From a virus, in IMG/VR virus record IMGVR_UViG_3300035670_011119, positions 11,598 to 75,597 of that record: 64,000 nt of DNA. The stretch is one strand, 5' to 3'. The position numbers and the translations under genes were made by a program. Every line of letters starts with the position of its first letter. Positions within the stretch are counted from its first letter, which is position 1. The notes below the pieces were generated by a model. It searched no databases, was not told where the DNA came from, and worked only from the letters and a program-made list of their open reading frames with translations. Shown here in pieces: positions 1 to 11,107 of the stretch.

Positions 1-2
1 AT

Positions 3-2258
3 CCGAATAATTTTAACGATGCTTTCTCAGCAGCTGTTCCAACACTAGCATCAGGATATATAACTAAACAAAATTTAGGATCTAATAACTATATTTATGG
101 TGATAATAATACCATATTAGGTACTGGTAATACTGTTTTGGGTTTTGATAATAGCTTATCATCATATACTACTGGCGCAATAATATTAGGTCATGGATTA
201 TCTCATAATTATGGTAACAACTATATGGCCATTGGTCCAGCAGATGGTACCAAAATTGTTATTGGTCCAAAATTAGTACTTAACACTGGACTAGCTACCA
301 CACAAATGTATGTTGTTAATACTAGTAATCAGTCTTATGTATATTTTAATAATACTAATAGTAGAATTGGTCTTGGCGCTAGTAATAATGCTCCAAGATC
401 TTTATTAGATGTTAGTGGTACTATCACAGCATCAGCACTAAGAATCGGATTGTCTGGTAATAATGGAGATCTTTTAAGTACAGATAGTGATGGTAATATA
501 TCTTATACTACTCCTACTAGAGTTAGTGGATACTATAATGGTTTAACATATGGTATTTCTAGTACATTAAGTAGTGGTATCGATTATCTTAGATGGAATA
601 AGAATACAAATACTTTGGAAATGTACAATTGGGACGATCCGGATAGTCCAAGTACTAATCCTGGCGATTGGCAACCTGGATTAATTATACGTCCTAATTC
701 TGGTATGATTGTTAATTCTAATCATAGTTATAATGATGATGTTTTTAATTTTATAGTATATGGTAGTGGAGATTTTGAAGAGTTTCCAACGCTAATAAGT
801 ACAGATGTTGCTAAAAATATAGTATCTTTACATCATACTTATTTAGTTAGTGGTATTTTCTCTGGCGGAGTTAGAGTAACAGGATCTTTAGCTTTACCAG
901 GATTGAGTAGCGATGGTACAATTGTTGCTTTGGATAGTAATAAAAATATTACACACAATCAGATATCACCAAACACAATCATTTTGTCCGCATCAGATTC
1001 TAAACCAACAGGATATAAAAATTTTCGTTGGTTTGAAGATGACAAGAGATTTTGTATGGGAAATAGTGTTCCTCATACTGATATTAGTAATAGCTTTGTA
1101 GAGAGTAATTATAATACTATTATTAGTAATGCTGTTGATGATGCTGCTGGAGCTGCTGGTAAAAACTATACAGTATTTAATAGAGATGGTATTGGAAGTT
1201 GGCCAGGTAGCGGTTTTGTGGTGCTTTATTCTGGCCAAGCTGGTAATGGACTAGGATTTAGAATAGATTATACTAATGCTAAAGTTGGTGTGAATACTAA
1301 TCATACTCATTTAACTGGTATAAATAGTTCTTTAATAGTTAATGGTGGTATTTACAGTACTGGATTAAGAATAGGTCCAACCGCCACATCTGGCTATGTA
1401 TTAATGGCTGTGGATAACAATGGTAATTTAGGATATAGACCAGTAAATTTAAATTTAACATCTAATACTATTCAATATCCATTTGTATTAGAAACATTGA
1501 ATAATATAACTAAATTAAAATTAGCTAATACTGATGAAAATAGTGTTGCTTTAGATAATGATGGACATTATAATGATTTGGGTAGAGTATTAGCTTGGAA
1601 TGGAAATTCCGATAAATGGTATATGCCCAAACACTTTAAGTTGTATGAAGGCACAACATCACAAAAACATAATATTCTATTTGGTCAATATGCATCAAAC
1701 TATTATCTTACAACACAAAATTTACATGCTTTTAGTGCTGGCAGTTTTCATAGTACCGAACCAACATACGAAGGGTCAAGTCAATACTTACAGTTTTATT
1801 TAAGAGGATCAGGTAATGCTGCAAATCCATGCGATCTTACTACAGACTGGTCATACGATGATCCAGAAACTCCATCATCAACTAATGCTAATGTTATTAG
1901 AATGCCAAGTACCGATCAAAATTACCATGCATGGATGTATGAAGCTATGATTTCAGTATTAGGTATTAATAGCACAGGAATAGATGATCCCACCTCTTAT
2001 GCTGCTGGCGCTATTAAATTGGTTGGTGCTGTGCGTAGACTAGGTGGTTCAGCATCTCTTGTAAATATTGGAAATCCGCAACAAACCGTTTTCTCCGATT
2101 CTGTTCTAAATGGTATTGGCGCTAATATGGTTTTTAGTCCAGGAACCGCTGGTGCCGGAACAATGACAATTAGGTGTACCGGTGTTGCTAATTATATAAC
2201 AGCTTGGAGTGCTACTGTAAAAATTAATCAATTATCTTTACCACAAGTTAAACGATAA
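3..2258 (+). CDS. Tail fibre / long virion structural protein, 5'-truncated by the window edge
   Basis: The frame of ORF 138..2258 is open back to base 3 (PNNFNDAFSAAVPTLASGY...GDNNTILGTGNTVLG), so the TTG at 138 is not the true start. It is G/S/N/T-rich with N-x-I-x-G beta-roll-like repeats and fibre-type repeats (RIGLGASN..LDVSGTI..LRIG..LLSTDSDGNISY; KVGVNTN..LIVNGGI..LRIG..VLMAVDNNGNLGY). Confidence 0.7.
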   Translation, partial: PNNFNDAFSAAVPTLASGYITKQNLGSNNYIYGDNNTILGTGNTVLGFDNSLSSYTTGAIILGHGLSHNYGNNYMAIGPADGTKIVIGPKLVLNTGLATTQMYVVNTSNQSYVYFNNTNSRIGLGASNNAPRSLLDVSGTITASALRIGLSGNNGDLLSTDSDGNISYTTPTRVSGYYNGLTYGISSTLSSGIDYLRWNKNTNTLEMYNWDDPDSPSTNPGDWQPGLIIRPNSGMIVNSNHSYNDDVFNFIVYGSGDFEEFPTLISTDVAKNIVSLHHTYLVSGIFSGGVRVTGSLALPGLSSDGTIVALDSNKNITHNQISPNTIILSASDSKPTGYKNFRWFEDDKRFCMGNSVPHTDISNSFVESNYNTIISNAVDDAAGAAGKNYTVFNRDGIGSWPGSGFVVLYSGQAGNGLGFRIDYTNAKVGVNTNHTHLTGINSSLIVNGGIYSTGLRIGPTATSGYVLMAVDNNGNLGYRPVNLNLTSNTIQYPFVLETLNNITKLKLANTDENSVALDNDGHYNDLGRVLAWNGNSDKWYMPKHFKLYEGTTSQKHNILFGQYASNYYLTTQNLHAFSAGSFHSTEPTYEGSSQYLQFYLRGSGNAANPCDLTTDWSYDDPETPSSTNANVIRMPSTDQNYHAWMYEAMISVLGINSTGIDDPTSYAAGAIKLVGAVRRLGGSASLVNIGNPQQTVFSDSVLNGIGANMVFSPGTAGAGTMTIRCTGVANYITAWSATVKINQLSLPQVKR

Positions 2259-2283
2259 TTTTATTACTTATTAAGGACATACT

Positions 2284-4347
2284 ATGGCAAAATGCGTTTG
2301 CATAAAATATAATGGCAAATTACTAGCACCAACGCCAATGATTAGTCTGACGCGTTCTTTTCAGGATGTTGCTGGTCGTCATGTTGGATCAACACTTTCT
2401 GTACAATTACAGGGTAAAATAGTTCGTGGAACAACTCCTGGAGCTACTCAAAGAGCTAACTATATAGCTTCGTATCCTTGTGTTGGAGTAACTCATAATG
2501 ATATTATTGGATTAGCAGGAGATGAAATTAATGGCTTATTATACGAAGAAGATAGATTAAGACAAGTATTTATAGCCACAACAGGACAATTATATACAGA
2601 TTATACTCTACAACAAAATTTAGGAGTAACTCCAGCTAATAATTTAACTCCTGATATTCAAACTAATAAATTTGAATTAAGTATTGTTAGTAATGAACCT
2701 GGCGTGACTAGTCCGGTTATTGTTATAGAAGGTTATGGTAGAGTAACAAATTATAGTAGTACTTCTGAATCATATATTAATACTATAGACTATACAGTAG
2801 ATATTGATATTGAAGAGCATAAAAGTTTATTTAATAATAATGATACTAGATATTTACTTAGCAGTTATACTGATACTCTGAATATAGAACCACTAAGCGA
2901 TTTTGCGCCATTCGACGCTAATGATCCGGCATTAAATGCCTACTTTGGCGTAGCATATAATAATAGTAATAGAGATTATAAAGCTGATCAAAGTCATCCA
3001 AAATTTAATATTTCTAGAACCATATCAGCAGTGGGCAAACATTCTAATAATCCGTATAGTAATAATAAAGTTCAAAATCAGGGCAGAACATTGGGTGTTG
3101 GAATAGGTAGTGCTTTTAGTAATGCTAGATACTATGTGTTAGATAGACTAAAGCATTTGCCTACCGAACTCTTTATGACCAATGGTTATATTACAACAAA
3201 TAGGGTTAAGGTTATAAATGCTGATGAAAGTGGCGGATCTTTTAGTATAACAGAAACTAGTTTAGCCGTTCATGCTGATTTTCATCCTCGATTTATTGAT
3301 GATTGGACAGCGGAAGTTAGTTTTGACGGATCATTTTTACAAACCATAAGAATTAATGGCACAATAAAAGGATTAGAAACTTATGGTGATAATATTAGAA
3401 ATGAAAATGCTAGCATTATGGACGGTTCTCAGCCTGGATCTTGGGCTAATACACTGGGTGGAGCTAGTCCAGGAGGATTAGATGAAATTCATAGCTATGC
3501 TCGTTCATTACCAGATTTTATACGACCACAAGATCTTAGTGCTTCATATATTGGCTCGCCTACTACTAATCCGTCAAATACTACGAATGCTGTTATGAAT
3601 AATATATCTCCAGTACCAGTTGCTAATAATCCTACAATACCTAATGCTCCCGGAGAATTTAAAATTGGTAAATATCAAAATGCTATTCAGGGTATGTTTT
3701 GGCTAAAAAATAGTGATCATCCTTATAGAAGTCCAATCTTTAGAAGAGCAGAATTATTTGCATACTCTAGTAATATAAATAATCAAATTACTAATCCCTA
3801 TAAATGGCTTAATAGCGCCCAAGCTATAAGCGAAAGAAGTAGTTTTCCACCATCAGTCGCAAATGTTCTACAATTAAATCCTATACCGATTAGTATGACA
3901 GAAAGTCATAGAAAAAGTGTTGGAGAAATTGATTATAGTTTTGAATTTAATAATAGACCACTAAATTTAATACAGGGCTCTATTAGCGAATCTCTAACAG
4001 TAAATGATACATTTCCAACTCAACAAATAGCAGAAATCTTTGTTTTGGGTCGAAAACTTGGTCCGGTACTACAAGATTTAGGAACAGTAACATCATCATC
4101 AAGAGAAGTAACTTTAGAGGTTGTTATTCCTAGACCACGCATGATTGGCCAAAGATTAATTTTTCCAACTAATATTTTTACAGCAGCAACAGGCTTGGTT
4201 GAACAATTAAATCCAAAGTATACTTTTGGAACACTATCGCCACCCACAAGCATTAAAAGTTATGTTAAGAACGATACTCACAACTATAATCCGCTAGAAG
4301 GAAGACTTAGTATTAGTAAATCATGGATATGGCAAAGAGCTAAATAG
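2284..4347 (+). CDS. Putative tail/baseplate structural protein (687 aa)
   Basis: Long ORF with AAGGA RBS. It has repeated beta-strand-rich segments (FNISRTISAVG, FSITETS, IRINGTIKGL, IDYSFEFNNRP, LSISKSW) and lies between a fibre gene and giant structural ORFs. Function is inferred from context. Confidence 0.55.
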   Translation: MAKCVCIKYNGKLLAPTPMISLTRSFQDVAGRHVGSTLSVQLQGKIVRGTTPGATQRANYIASYPCVGVTHNDIIGLAGDEINGLLYEEDRLRQVFIATTGQLYTDYTLQQNLGVTPANNLTPDIQTNKFELSIVSNEPGVTSPVIVIEGYGRVTNYSSTSESYINTIDYTVDIDIEEHKSLFNNNDTRYLLSSYTDTLNIEPLSDFAPFDANDPALNAYFGVAYNNSNRDYKADQSHPKFNISRTISAVGKHSNNPYSNNKVQNQGRTLGVGIGSAFSNARYYVLDRLKHLPTELFMTNGYITTNRVKVINADESGGSFSITETSLAVHADFHPRFIDDWTAEVSFDGSFLQTIRINGTIKGLETYGDNIRNENASIMDGSQPGSWANTLGGASPGGLDEIHSYARSLPDFIRPQDLSASYIGSPTTNPSNTTNAVMNNISPVPVANNPTIPNAPGEFKIGKYQNAIQGMFWLKNSDHPYRSPIFRRAELFAYSSNINNQITNPYKWLNSAQAISERSSFPPSVANVLQLNPIPISMTESHRKSVGEIDYSFEFNNRPLNLIQGSISESLTVNDTFPTQQIAEIFVLGRKLGPVLQDLGTVTSSSREVTLEVVIPRPRMIGQRLIFPTNIFTAATGLVEQLNPKYTFGTLSPPTSIKSYVKNDTHNYNPLEGRLSISKSWIWQRAK

Positions 4348-4355
4348 GATATTTT

Positions 4356-7300
4356 ATGAGTGATAATGTTTATAATTTTCCAGTAGAAAAAAGAGAATCC
4401 ACAATAGTACCGCCGCAGCCTTCTGTTCCATTAAATAATGGTACCACACAATTAACATCTCAGTTACCGCGAGGGACCATTACTGATGAAGCTTTATTAT
4501 ATACTGATCAAGCTATTTATCAATATGGTCAACACGGACCTTTTAATCAAACATTATTTTTAGGATGTAGCGTTGTTAATTTTAATGCTAATTTAGGTTG
4601 GGGAGGAGAAGCTAGTTCACTAACAGTTAGCTTAGTAGAAGATGATACTCCTCATCCTAATAGTCCAACATGGGATCAGAATAATAATGCCGCGGTGGTG
4701 AGCAATGCTTTGGCTCGTACCCAACCATTTTACGATCTTGCTGCTAGAAGTACTTTTCGAACTGTACCACCCACAACAGATTTTTTAACAGCTGCTGGCG
4801 CCGCTCCCGGCATTCAACACATTCCAACAACTGTACCAGACTTAGCAATAAATGATCCTAATATTAGTCCTGATTTACACAGAAATATACTATTACAAGA
4901 AGAGCATAAAAAAGAACATAATGATATTACAAATGCTAGACTAAGTGTTGCAACACCGAACAGAGCCGACTTTGGTAAAGTATATTATGATCTTCAGCCA
5001 ACTGGCGATATTATTAAAAGATACTGGACCGGCAGAGATCCAGGATTTGTTGGTGAAAGCTATGATATATTAGGTGTTGCTGTAAGATTTATTTTTAATG
5101 ATTTTGAATTTGCCGGCATTGTAACATCATGGAAAAATAATGGTGGATCAGGAGGTAAAAATTTATATACTGTAGAAATTAAGAGTTTTGCTACACTATT
5201 AAAAAATACCCAATTAATTATTGATTATTATCCAGGAACCATTTTTTCACAAGCAGATAGTATTCCTGGTCCTTTTACTCTATTAGATAAATTTGGTTTT
5301 CCTTGTAGTTTCATAGGAGATAGAGTTGGTCCGGCCCAGGGTGTCGAAGCCTTAGAATCAGAATACACAGATGATCATTTTCAGGGCAAAATTGCTGAAG
5401 GCGGCTTGCCAAATGTATTTAATATTTATGGATATTTACAAGCTGTTCGTGGTTGGGGCAAGAGCGATATTAGTGAAAATGGCACACTAGTTAAAGATGT
5501 ATTGTTAGGTATAGAAAACTTAGTCAATAAATCAGAACCACCATCGAATAATATTGTTGATAAGCCATTAATAATAGATGCTAGATTTAGTCCATATGGT
5601 AGAATTGTTGGCAAAGCGCCGGCACTAATTAAACAAGATGGTATTTATAAGGATATTCCATCTGCTACAATTAGATTTTTAAAAGACAAATACGAGATTG
5701 TGGACCCATTAACTCACGCATTTAAAGGTCTAAAAGAAAGAGATATCGCTCAAGCACAACTACAATCTGGTAGCGTAACAGTTGCGGAACAGTTTTTACA
5801 GGATCCTCAGTATGCTGAGAATAGATTTAATAGTACCGGCGGCACAATGACCCTATCTAAAATGGGCATCATACCAACATCCAATCATGTGGATACTATA
5901 CATAGACAATACTATACTTTAGATTTATCAGCACTACCATCTGTTCCTGATGACTATACTATTAATGGTCCTATTATTAGTGTTATAGATTTAATACAAA
6001 ATGTTTGTGATGCAAATAATTTTGATTATTTTATTGATTTTGATCCTCAAACCAGAAATACTATTAAAGTTAGAACAATTTCTCGACAAAAACAGCCACC
6101 AAATAATTATATTGCAGAACTAATTAAAAATACAGAAAATAATAACATACTAACTAGTTATGACTATGGTATAGAATTTAATGACGAAGCTACTCTTAGA
6201 TCAATGTATATTGGAGCCAAGCAAAAAAGATTATTACAACTAAATTCAAACTTCTTGTCTCGTAAAAATAATAGTTTATTATTTGATCCTAAGGTTGGAG
6301 ATATTTTCTTTCATACGGTTGATGATGTTAGAAATACACTAAGATCTCCGGATCATATATTATATAGAAATCCAGCATATTCTTATTATAATGAATTTAA
6401 TAATATACCACCCACTCTTGGTAGTGGCACAGGATGTTTTGTGTCTACAACTCTGGGTACAACTTATTCATATTCTGATTCAACAACCGCATGGAATTGG
6501 GGCACTAATGTTGGCAGAGGAAATTATGGTCATGAAATAAAGTATGTTAATAATTCACAAGATCTTAATATCAAAAATAGTAGTGAGGATGTTTTTAAAG
6601 ATTTAGCACGATCTTTATTTCAGGTTACTGGGTCAGAGCCGATAATAGTGGGCTCAGAATCCGAAGAGAATATAGGAAATCGTCCTATTCTAACTAATTA
6701 TGCACTATGGGATGATTTTATTTGTCCATATTTTGGTCTAGATATCGACGGAACTGCTAGAAAAGTATATTTTGATAATACGATGCAGCAAATTCAAGTT
6801 TTATGTAGTGTTGGAGATATACAAAATATTCTGGGTTTTGCTATAACTCAAGCGCTAAACTTGAATACTGTTACTACTAAACAAGAGGATGATGCTAGAC
6901 TACCATCGGATCCATTAGTTAGTGGTACTGATCCTAGTACTTTTACTGGAAACGATCCTCGAAGAACAAATAGAGAAATTCTTACTAATTTACAACAAGG
7001 TGAAACTGTTGCTACTTTTCATACCAAATGGAATGTTAGAGATAGATCATATTATGATGTTAGTAGTAAGTTTTTAATTTTAGAAAATGAAATTAGAGCC
7101 GCTATGGCAGGATTTGAATCTTGGGTATATTATACCTTTAATAAAAACTTTACTACAGATTTGGGAGTAATGTTAAGATACACAATGGTTAGTCCAACAG
7201 GATTAATAGTTAGGGAGAGTACTGTACAAGAGAATCCGCCCATTTCTAGTATAACAAACAAAGGCGAACCTGTTGTTAGCATGGTATTTCATGGTCCTGA

Positions 7301-10300
7301 TCCGCATTTAATAGGAGACAACGCTGGTGATAGTCCAAATAGTAGTGCGTCGTTGATGAACGATAGAGTAAGTGATATGTTACAAAAAGTACATTCTTAT
7401 GTTAAGAATATTGGAGACACTTATTATGGTAAACAATTTATGGTTAAAATACCAGGATTAAGTATTTCTAGAGACAGACCATCTACAAGTAATAAACAAT
7501 TCGACGCTATTTATAGGGGAGTAACTGCAAATGTAGAAGAATTTCGTGGAGTAGGAACATTATATAGTAACTATAAACCAGCAACAGATGGAGCCTGGGA
7601 AGAGCCCGGAAATATTATTGATAATACTATACTAATAGGTTCTGTTACAGGAGATTTTTTTACAAATGAGGATGGTAGATTCGGAGCAATATTGGGTTAC
7701 AAGGCTAGTTATGAATTTTTAAATGATACTATTCCCGACGAAACAATATATAATGCTACAAAGCCGGATAATTCTCAATCGTCTCCGCCGCCAATATCGC
7801 AAAGATCAGTAGTATTAGATAAAAATAATAAGGTTACTAACTATACATCATTTTCTAGTGGAAATATTCCAGAAGGTGTCAGATTTAGTAAAGTAGAAGA
7901 TATAAAGAACGCCATAAACTCAACTTTATCAGCTTCCGACCAAAACGAACAATCTCCATCAGCAAATCCTCCATCTATGGCTATTATATTGGCTCAATCG
8001 TCCCAGCCAGCTACTGGTATTGATGTTATACCAAATGAATGGTATCCATCATTAATTACCTCACTATCTAATAGTGAATTTTTATATTATCCATATAATT
8101 TTGGAGACTCTTATCCAAGCGTATCACAATTGGCAGATGTTACATTTGCAAATATTAATCATATGCAGAAAACTGCTTATGGTTATACCGTACCAGCATC
8201 AAACACTACACTACATGAACATTTACAGTATAAATTGTATGCAAAAGCATCAATAGAAGATAATTTTATTTTTATCAGAACTGATGAGTGGTTATATAAT
8301 TCATCTAGCACAAATAACAATCCAAACTATAGAGAACCAAGAGCAATTGTGACTCTCTCATCTCCTGTAGAATGTAATCCTGTACACATAGCTAGCAAAT
8401 ATGTGCATCATTGTTTAATGTTAGATAGTACTCTTTTTAAGGTTAGAGCAGCACAGGTTTCTATACCGATTGAAGTAGCGTCTCCATCCAGAATAACGGG
8501 TACTCTTGTTGGCGGACTATTGCCATATAATGGTGGTTTTTCTAAAGCTGGTGATATTATTACTAATGCAACAGATCATTTTTTGGATGCGTTAAATGCT
8601 GTTGATAAAGATGCTAATAAAGCAGTTACTATGCCAATAGCTCCCAAGGCTGCTATGCCAGGTTTTGCTGCTGTGCCACTAGAAAGCCAAGCGGCTGTTT
8701 ATGGGCCATGGATCAATTATCCTTGGATGGTACGAAAAGATATTTTTACTCATCCTGACATATCAGAAAATCCTAATTATATTAAAGATGCTATAGAAAA
8801 TCTTATTGGTGGACTAAAAGTTCAGGTAGTAGAAGAACTATGTCCTTGGAAATATGGTAGTGTTAAAAATCTTGATATGGAAGCAATAGCTAGAGTAGAA
8901 AATGATTCTAATTATCAGATAACACAAGAATATGGTAATGTTAGCATACCAGGATCTCCAATATATAAACTGGGAGATTTTTTGGATAGAGTTTCAGAAA
9001 GAACTAGTGGGCCAATTATTAATTCTATAAGATCAAATATTGGTGATGGTGGAGTAAGTACAGAATATAGTTTAAGAACATTTACCAGAAAATTTGGATT
9101 ATTTAATAAGGAAAATGCCAGTAGAGCTGCTCAAGTAGGAGCAGAAAGAATATCTAGAAGACGAGCAATAGCATTACAAGCAGCAGAGGTAACTAATAGA
9201 AGAGCTGCTGGATTAAGATCTCAAAATTTAAATGATGCTCCAACAAGAGATTATAATAATCCCCCATTACCAGAGTCCTGGAGAAGCTCTAGCGAATTAT
9301 TGGTTGGGCATAACGACATTAATGTTAGAATGCCATTAAATTTGAGAAATTCTCCTGATCAAGGTGTTCTTGCTATGAGTGGTATGTTAAATTATGATGC
9401 TAGATGGGGTTTTACTCCAACAACTACTGGCGCATATAATATTATAGATTATCCTAAAATATTTAGCAATACACAAATCTTAGACAATAGAGAAGCATTA
9501 AACCAATTAGAAAGTTCTTATGAGAATACTTCTTTTATGAGTTTAGATGGCTTATTATCTCCAATTTCATTTTATCCCACAGAAAATTTTAGAACGTATC
9601 ATATAAGTAAATATCCTAGAAAATCTTGTAGATATTGTTTTGGTAAAGGTAAATTAAAATATAATTTTGGCATGGCGGGATTATATAATACTATTACCGG
9701 ATTAAATGCGGGAGGTTTATCTGGAGTTACTCCAGCACAATCACAAGCGTCTAGTGAAAGTAGTATAGATTGTCCATTTTGCGAAGCAGAAGAAGGTAAA
9801 ATTGCTAGATTGCTAACCGGAACAAAAAGAGGACGAGTTACTCCACCATTTATAATGACAACTGGTCTAGATCCATCCGGCGGAGTTGCTGGGTCTAATG
9901 TACATAGAACATTAGGAACTGTTATTAATTATTCTACTTTAAATCCAGTAGTTTTAACATATGGTGAATTTAGTAATTTTCAAAATAGGCAGAGTGATGA
10001 CAATACAGCCAATAGTATAAGAATGGTTGGCTTGAGTACTGTGCCTCCAAATAAGGCTTCTGATAGTTTAAATCAAATGTATGCTAGTGATAATCGTTTA
10101 TATAAGTCTCATCTAGATTATGATCAATTATATTTAGATAAAATTAAAGAACTACACGCTATACCACCAAATAAAAGATCATCAAATATTAATAAGCTTA
10201 TTCAAAAATTACCAGAGAATATAACCCCATTTTCTAATAATGCTAGGTTTTTTGGTTTGCGCGGCCCTATTATGGTTCATGGTTGGGGATACGATACCGA

Positions 10301-11105
10301 AGGATATCCTGTACCAAATGCTTCCGGAGAGATACAAACCATTAATGGTAGAGCGGTTAGAGCAACAGGACAGACAAATCAAAACTATGTGGTTCCTGTT
10401 TATAAAAATCAAATTTTTGTTAGAACAGACGAAGAGTCTGGTAATGAAAATAATCCTAATAATGTTTTAAATACTAATAATAAAGTTATTGTTAATAATC
10501 CCACCGGAGAAGGATATGGATATTATACTGATCCGTATAGAGAAAGGACATTTGCTAAAGGATGGGCTCAAATGCCATCAACATGGCCTGTTGGTCCCAT
10601 AGATTTAAGATGGGATAGTTCCGCTAAAGTTTGGACTTTTGCTAGTGAATATAAAAATGTTTATATTTTATTAGAAGAAGATCTTACTACTAAAAATACT
10701 GTGGCCAGAGGAGAAATTATAGACAATGCTCAGGATATTGATAATAAAATACTAGCATTAAATTTTAGAAAAGCTGTGTTTGTTAAAGATAATATGGGAA
10801 TTTATGCTGCTCCAAAATCATCTATTATATATTGTGCTTACGATGAAGATGGTGGTTTTTATGAACCAGTATCTCAAAATTCTTTTGTCTCATCAGGTAA
10901 TATCATTAGTTCTAATACTGCAAATATGTATAAGCTATTTTATAGAAAGCGTCAATCTTTAGGTAATAATTTAGGATTAGCTAATGAACCAAATCAATAT
11001 ATTACTAAATTTAGTAATCCATTAGGATTTAGGGCCGATCCTGGAAATATGGGATTATTTGCTTTTACTAAAGATGGATGGATATTACAATCTAATGGGA
11101 GATAA
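4356..11105 (+). CDS. Large baseplate-hub / tail-tip-like protein (2249 aa)
   Basis: The N-terminal FLGCSVVNFNANLGWGGEASSLTVSLVED and SVIDLIQNVCDANNFDYFID segments resemble phage hub (gp27/gp44-like) architecture. It has a coiled coil near ERISRRRAIALQAAE and a CRYC..CPFC motif. AGGA RBS. Confidence 0.55.
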   Translation: MSDNVYNFPVEKRESTIVPPQPSVPLNNGTTQLTSQLPRGTITDEALLYTDQAIYQYGQHGPFNQTLFLGCSVVNFNANLGWGGEASSLTVSLVEDDTPHPNSPTWDQNNNAAVVSNALARTQPFYDLAARSTFRTVPPTTDFLTAAGAAPGIQHIPTTVPDLAINDPNISPDLHRNILLQEEHKKEHNDITNARLSVATPNRADFGKVYYDLQPTGDIIKRYWTGRDPGFVGESYDILGVAVRFIFNDFEFAGIVTSWKNNGGSGGKNLYTVEIKSFATLLKNTQLIIDYYPGTIFSQADSIPGPFTLLDKFGFPCSFIGDRVGPAQGVEALESEYTDDHFQGKIAEGGLPNVFNIYGYLQAVRGWGKSDISENGTLVKDVLLGIENLVNKSEPPSNNIVDKPLIIDARFSPYGRIVGKAPALIKQDGIYKDIPSATIRFLKDKYEIVDPLTHAFKGLKERDIAQAQLQSGSVTVAEQFLQDPQYAENRFNSTGGTMTLSKMGIIPTSNHVDTIHRQYYTLDLSALPSVPDDYTINGPIISVIDLIQNVCDANNFDYFIDFDPQTRNTIKVRTISRQKQPPNNYIAELIKNTENNNILTSYDYGIEFNDEATLRSMYIGAKQKRLLQLNSNFLSRKNNSLLFDPKVGDIFFHTVDDVRNTLRSPDHILYRNPAYSYYNEFNNIPPTLGSGTGCFVSTTLGTTYSYSDSTTAWNWGTNVGRGNYGHEIKYVNNSQDLNIKNSSEDVFKDLARSLFQVTGSEPIIVGSESEENIGNRPILTNYALWDDFICPYFGLDIDGTARKVYFDNTMQQIQVLCSVGDIQNILGFAITQALNLNTVTTKQEDDARLPSDPLVSGTDPSTFTGNDPRRTNREILTNLQQGETVATFHTKWNVRDRSYYDVSSKFLILENEIRAAMAGFESWVYYTFNKNFTTDLGVMLRYTMVSPTGLIVRESTVQENPPISSITNKGEPVVSMVFHGPDPHLIGDNAGDSPNSSASLMNDRVSDMLQKVHSYVKNIGDTYYGKQFMVKIPGLSISRDRPSTSNKQFDAIYRGVTANVEEFRGVGTLYSNYKPATDGAWEEPGNIIDNTILIGSVTGDFFTNEDGRFGAILGYKASYEFLNDTIPDETIYNATKPDNSQSSPPPISQRSVVLDKNNKVTNYTSFSSGNIPEGVRFSKVEDIKNAINSTLSASDQNEQSPSANPPSMAIILAQSSQPATGIDVIPNEWYPSLITSLSNSEFLYYPYNFGDSYPSVSQLADVTFANINHMQKTAYGYTVPASNTTLHEHLQYKLYAKASIEDNFIFIRTDEWLYNSSSTNNNPNYREPRAIVTLSSPVECNPVHIASKYVHHCLMLDSTLFKVRAAQVSIPIEVASPSRITGTLVGGLLPYNGGFSKAGDIITNATDHFLDALNAVDKDANKAVTMPIAPKAAMPGFAAVPLESQAAVYGPWINYPWMVRKDIFTHPDISENPNYIKDAIENLIGGLKVQVVEELCPWKYGSVKNLDMEAIARVENDSNYQITQEYGNVSIPGSPIYKLGDFLDRVSERTSGPIINSIRSNIGDGGVSTEYSLRTFTRKFGLFNKENASRAAQVGAERISRRRAIALQAAEVTNRRAAGLRSQNLNDAPTRDYNNPPLPESWRSSSELLVGHNDINVRMPLNLRNSPDQGVLAMSGMLNYDARWGFTPTTTGAYNIIDYPKIFSNTQILDNREALNQLESSYENTSFMSLDGLLSPISFYPTENFRTYHISKYPRKSCRYCFGKGKLKYNFGMAGLYNTITGLNAGGLSGVTPAQSQASSESSIDCPFCEAEEGKIARLLTGTKRGRVTPPFIMTTGLDPSGGVAGSNVHRTLGTVINYSTLNPVVLTYGEFSNFQNRQSDDNTANSIRMVGLSTVPPNKASDSLNQMYASDNRLYKSHLDYDQLYLDKIKELHAIPPNKRSSNINKLIQKLPENITPFSNNARFFGLRGPIMVHGWGYDTEGYPVPNASGEIQTINGRAVRATGQTNQNYVVPVYKNQIFVRTDEESGNENNPNNVLNTNNKVIVNNPTGEGYGYYTDPYRERTFAKGWAQMPSTWPVGPIDLRWDSSAKVWTFASEYKNVYILLEEDLTTKNTVARGEIIDNAQDIDNKILALNFRKAVFVKDNMGIYAAPKSSIIYCAYDEDGGFYEPVSQNSFVSSGNIISSNTANMYKLFYRKRQSLGNNLGLANEPNQYITKFSNPLGFRADPGNMGLFAFTKDGWILQSNGR

Positions 11106-11107
11106 TA

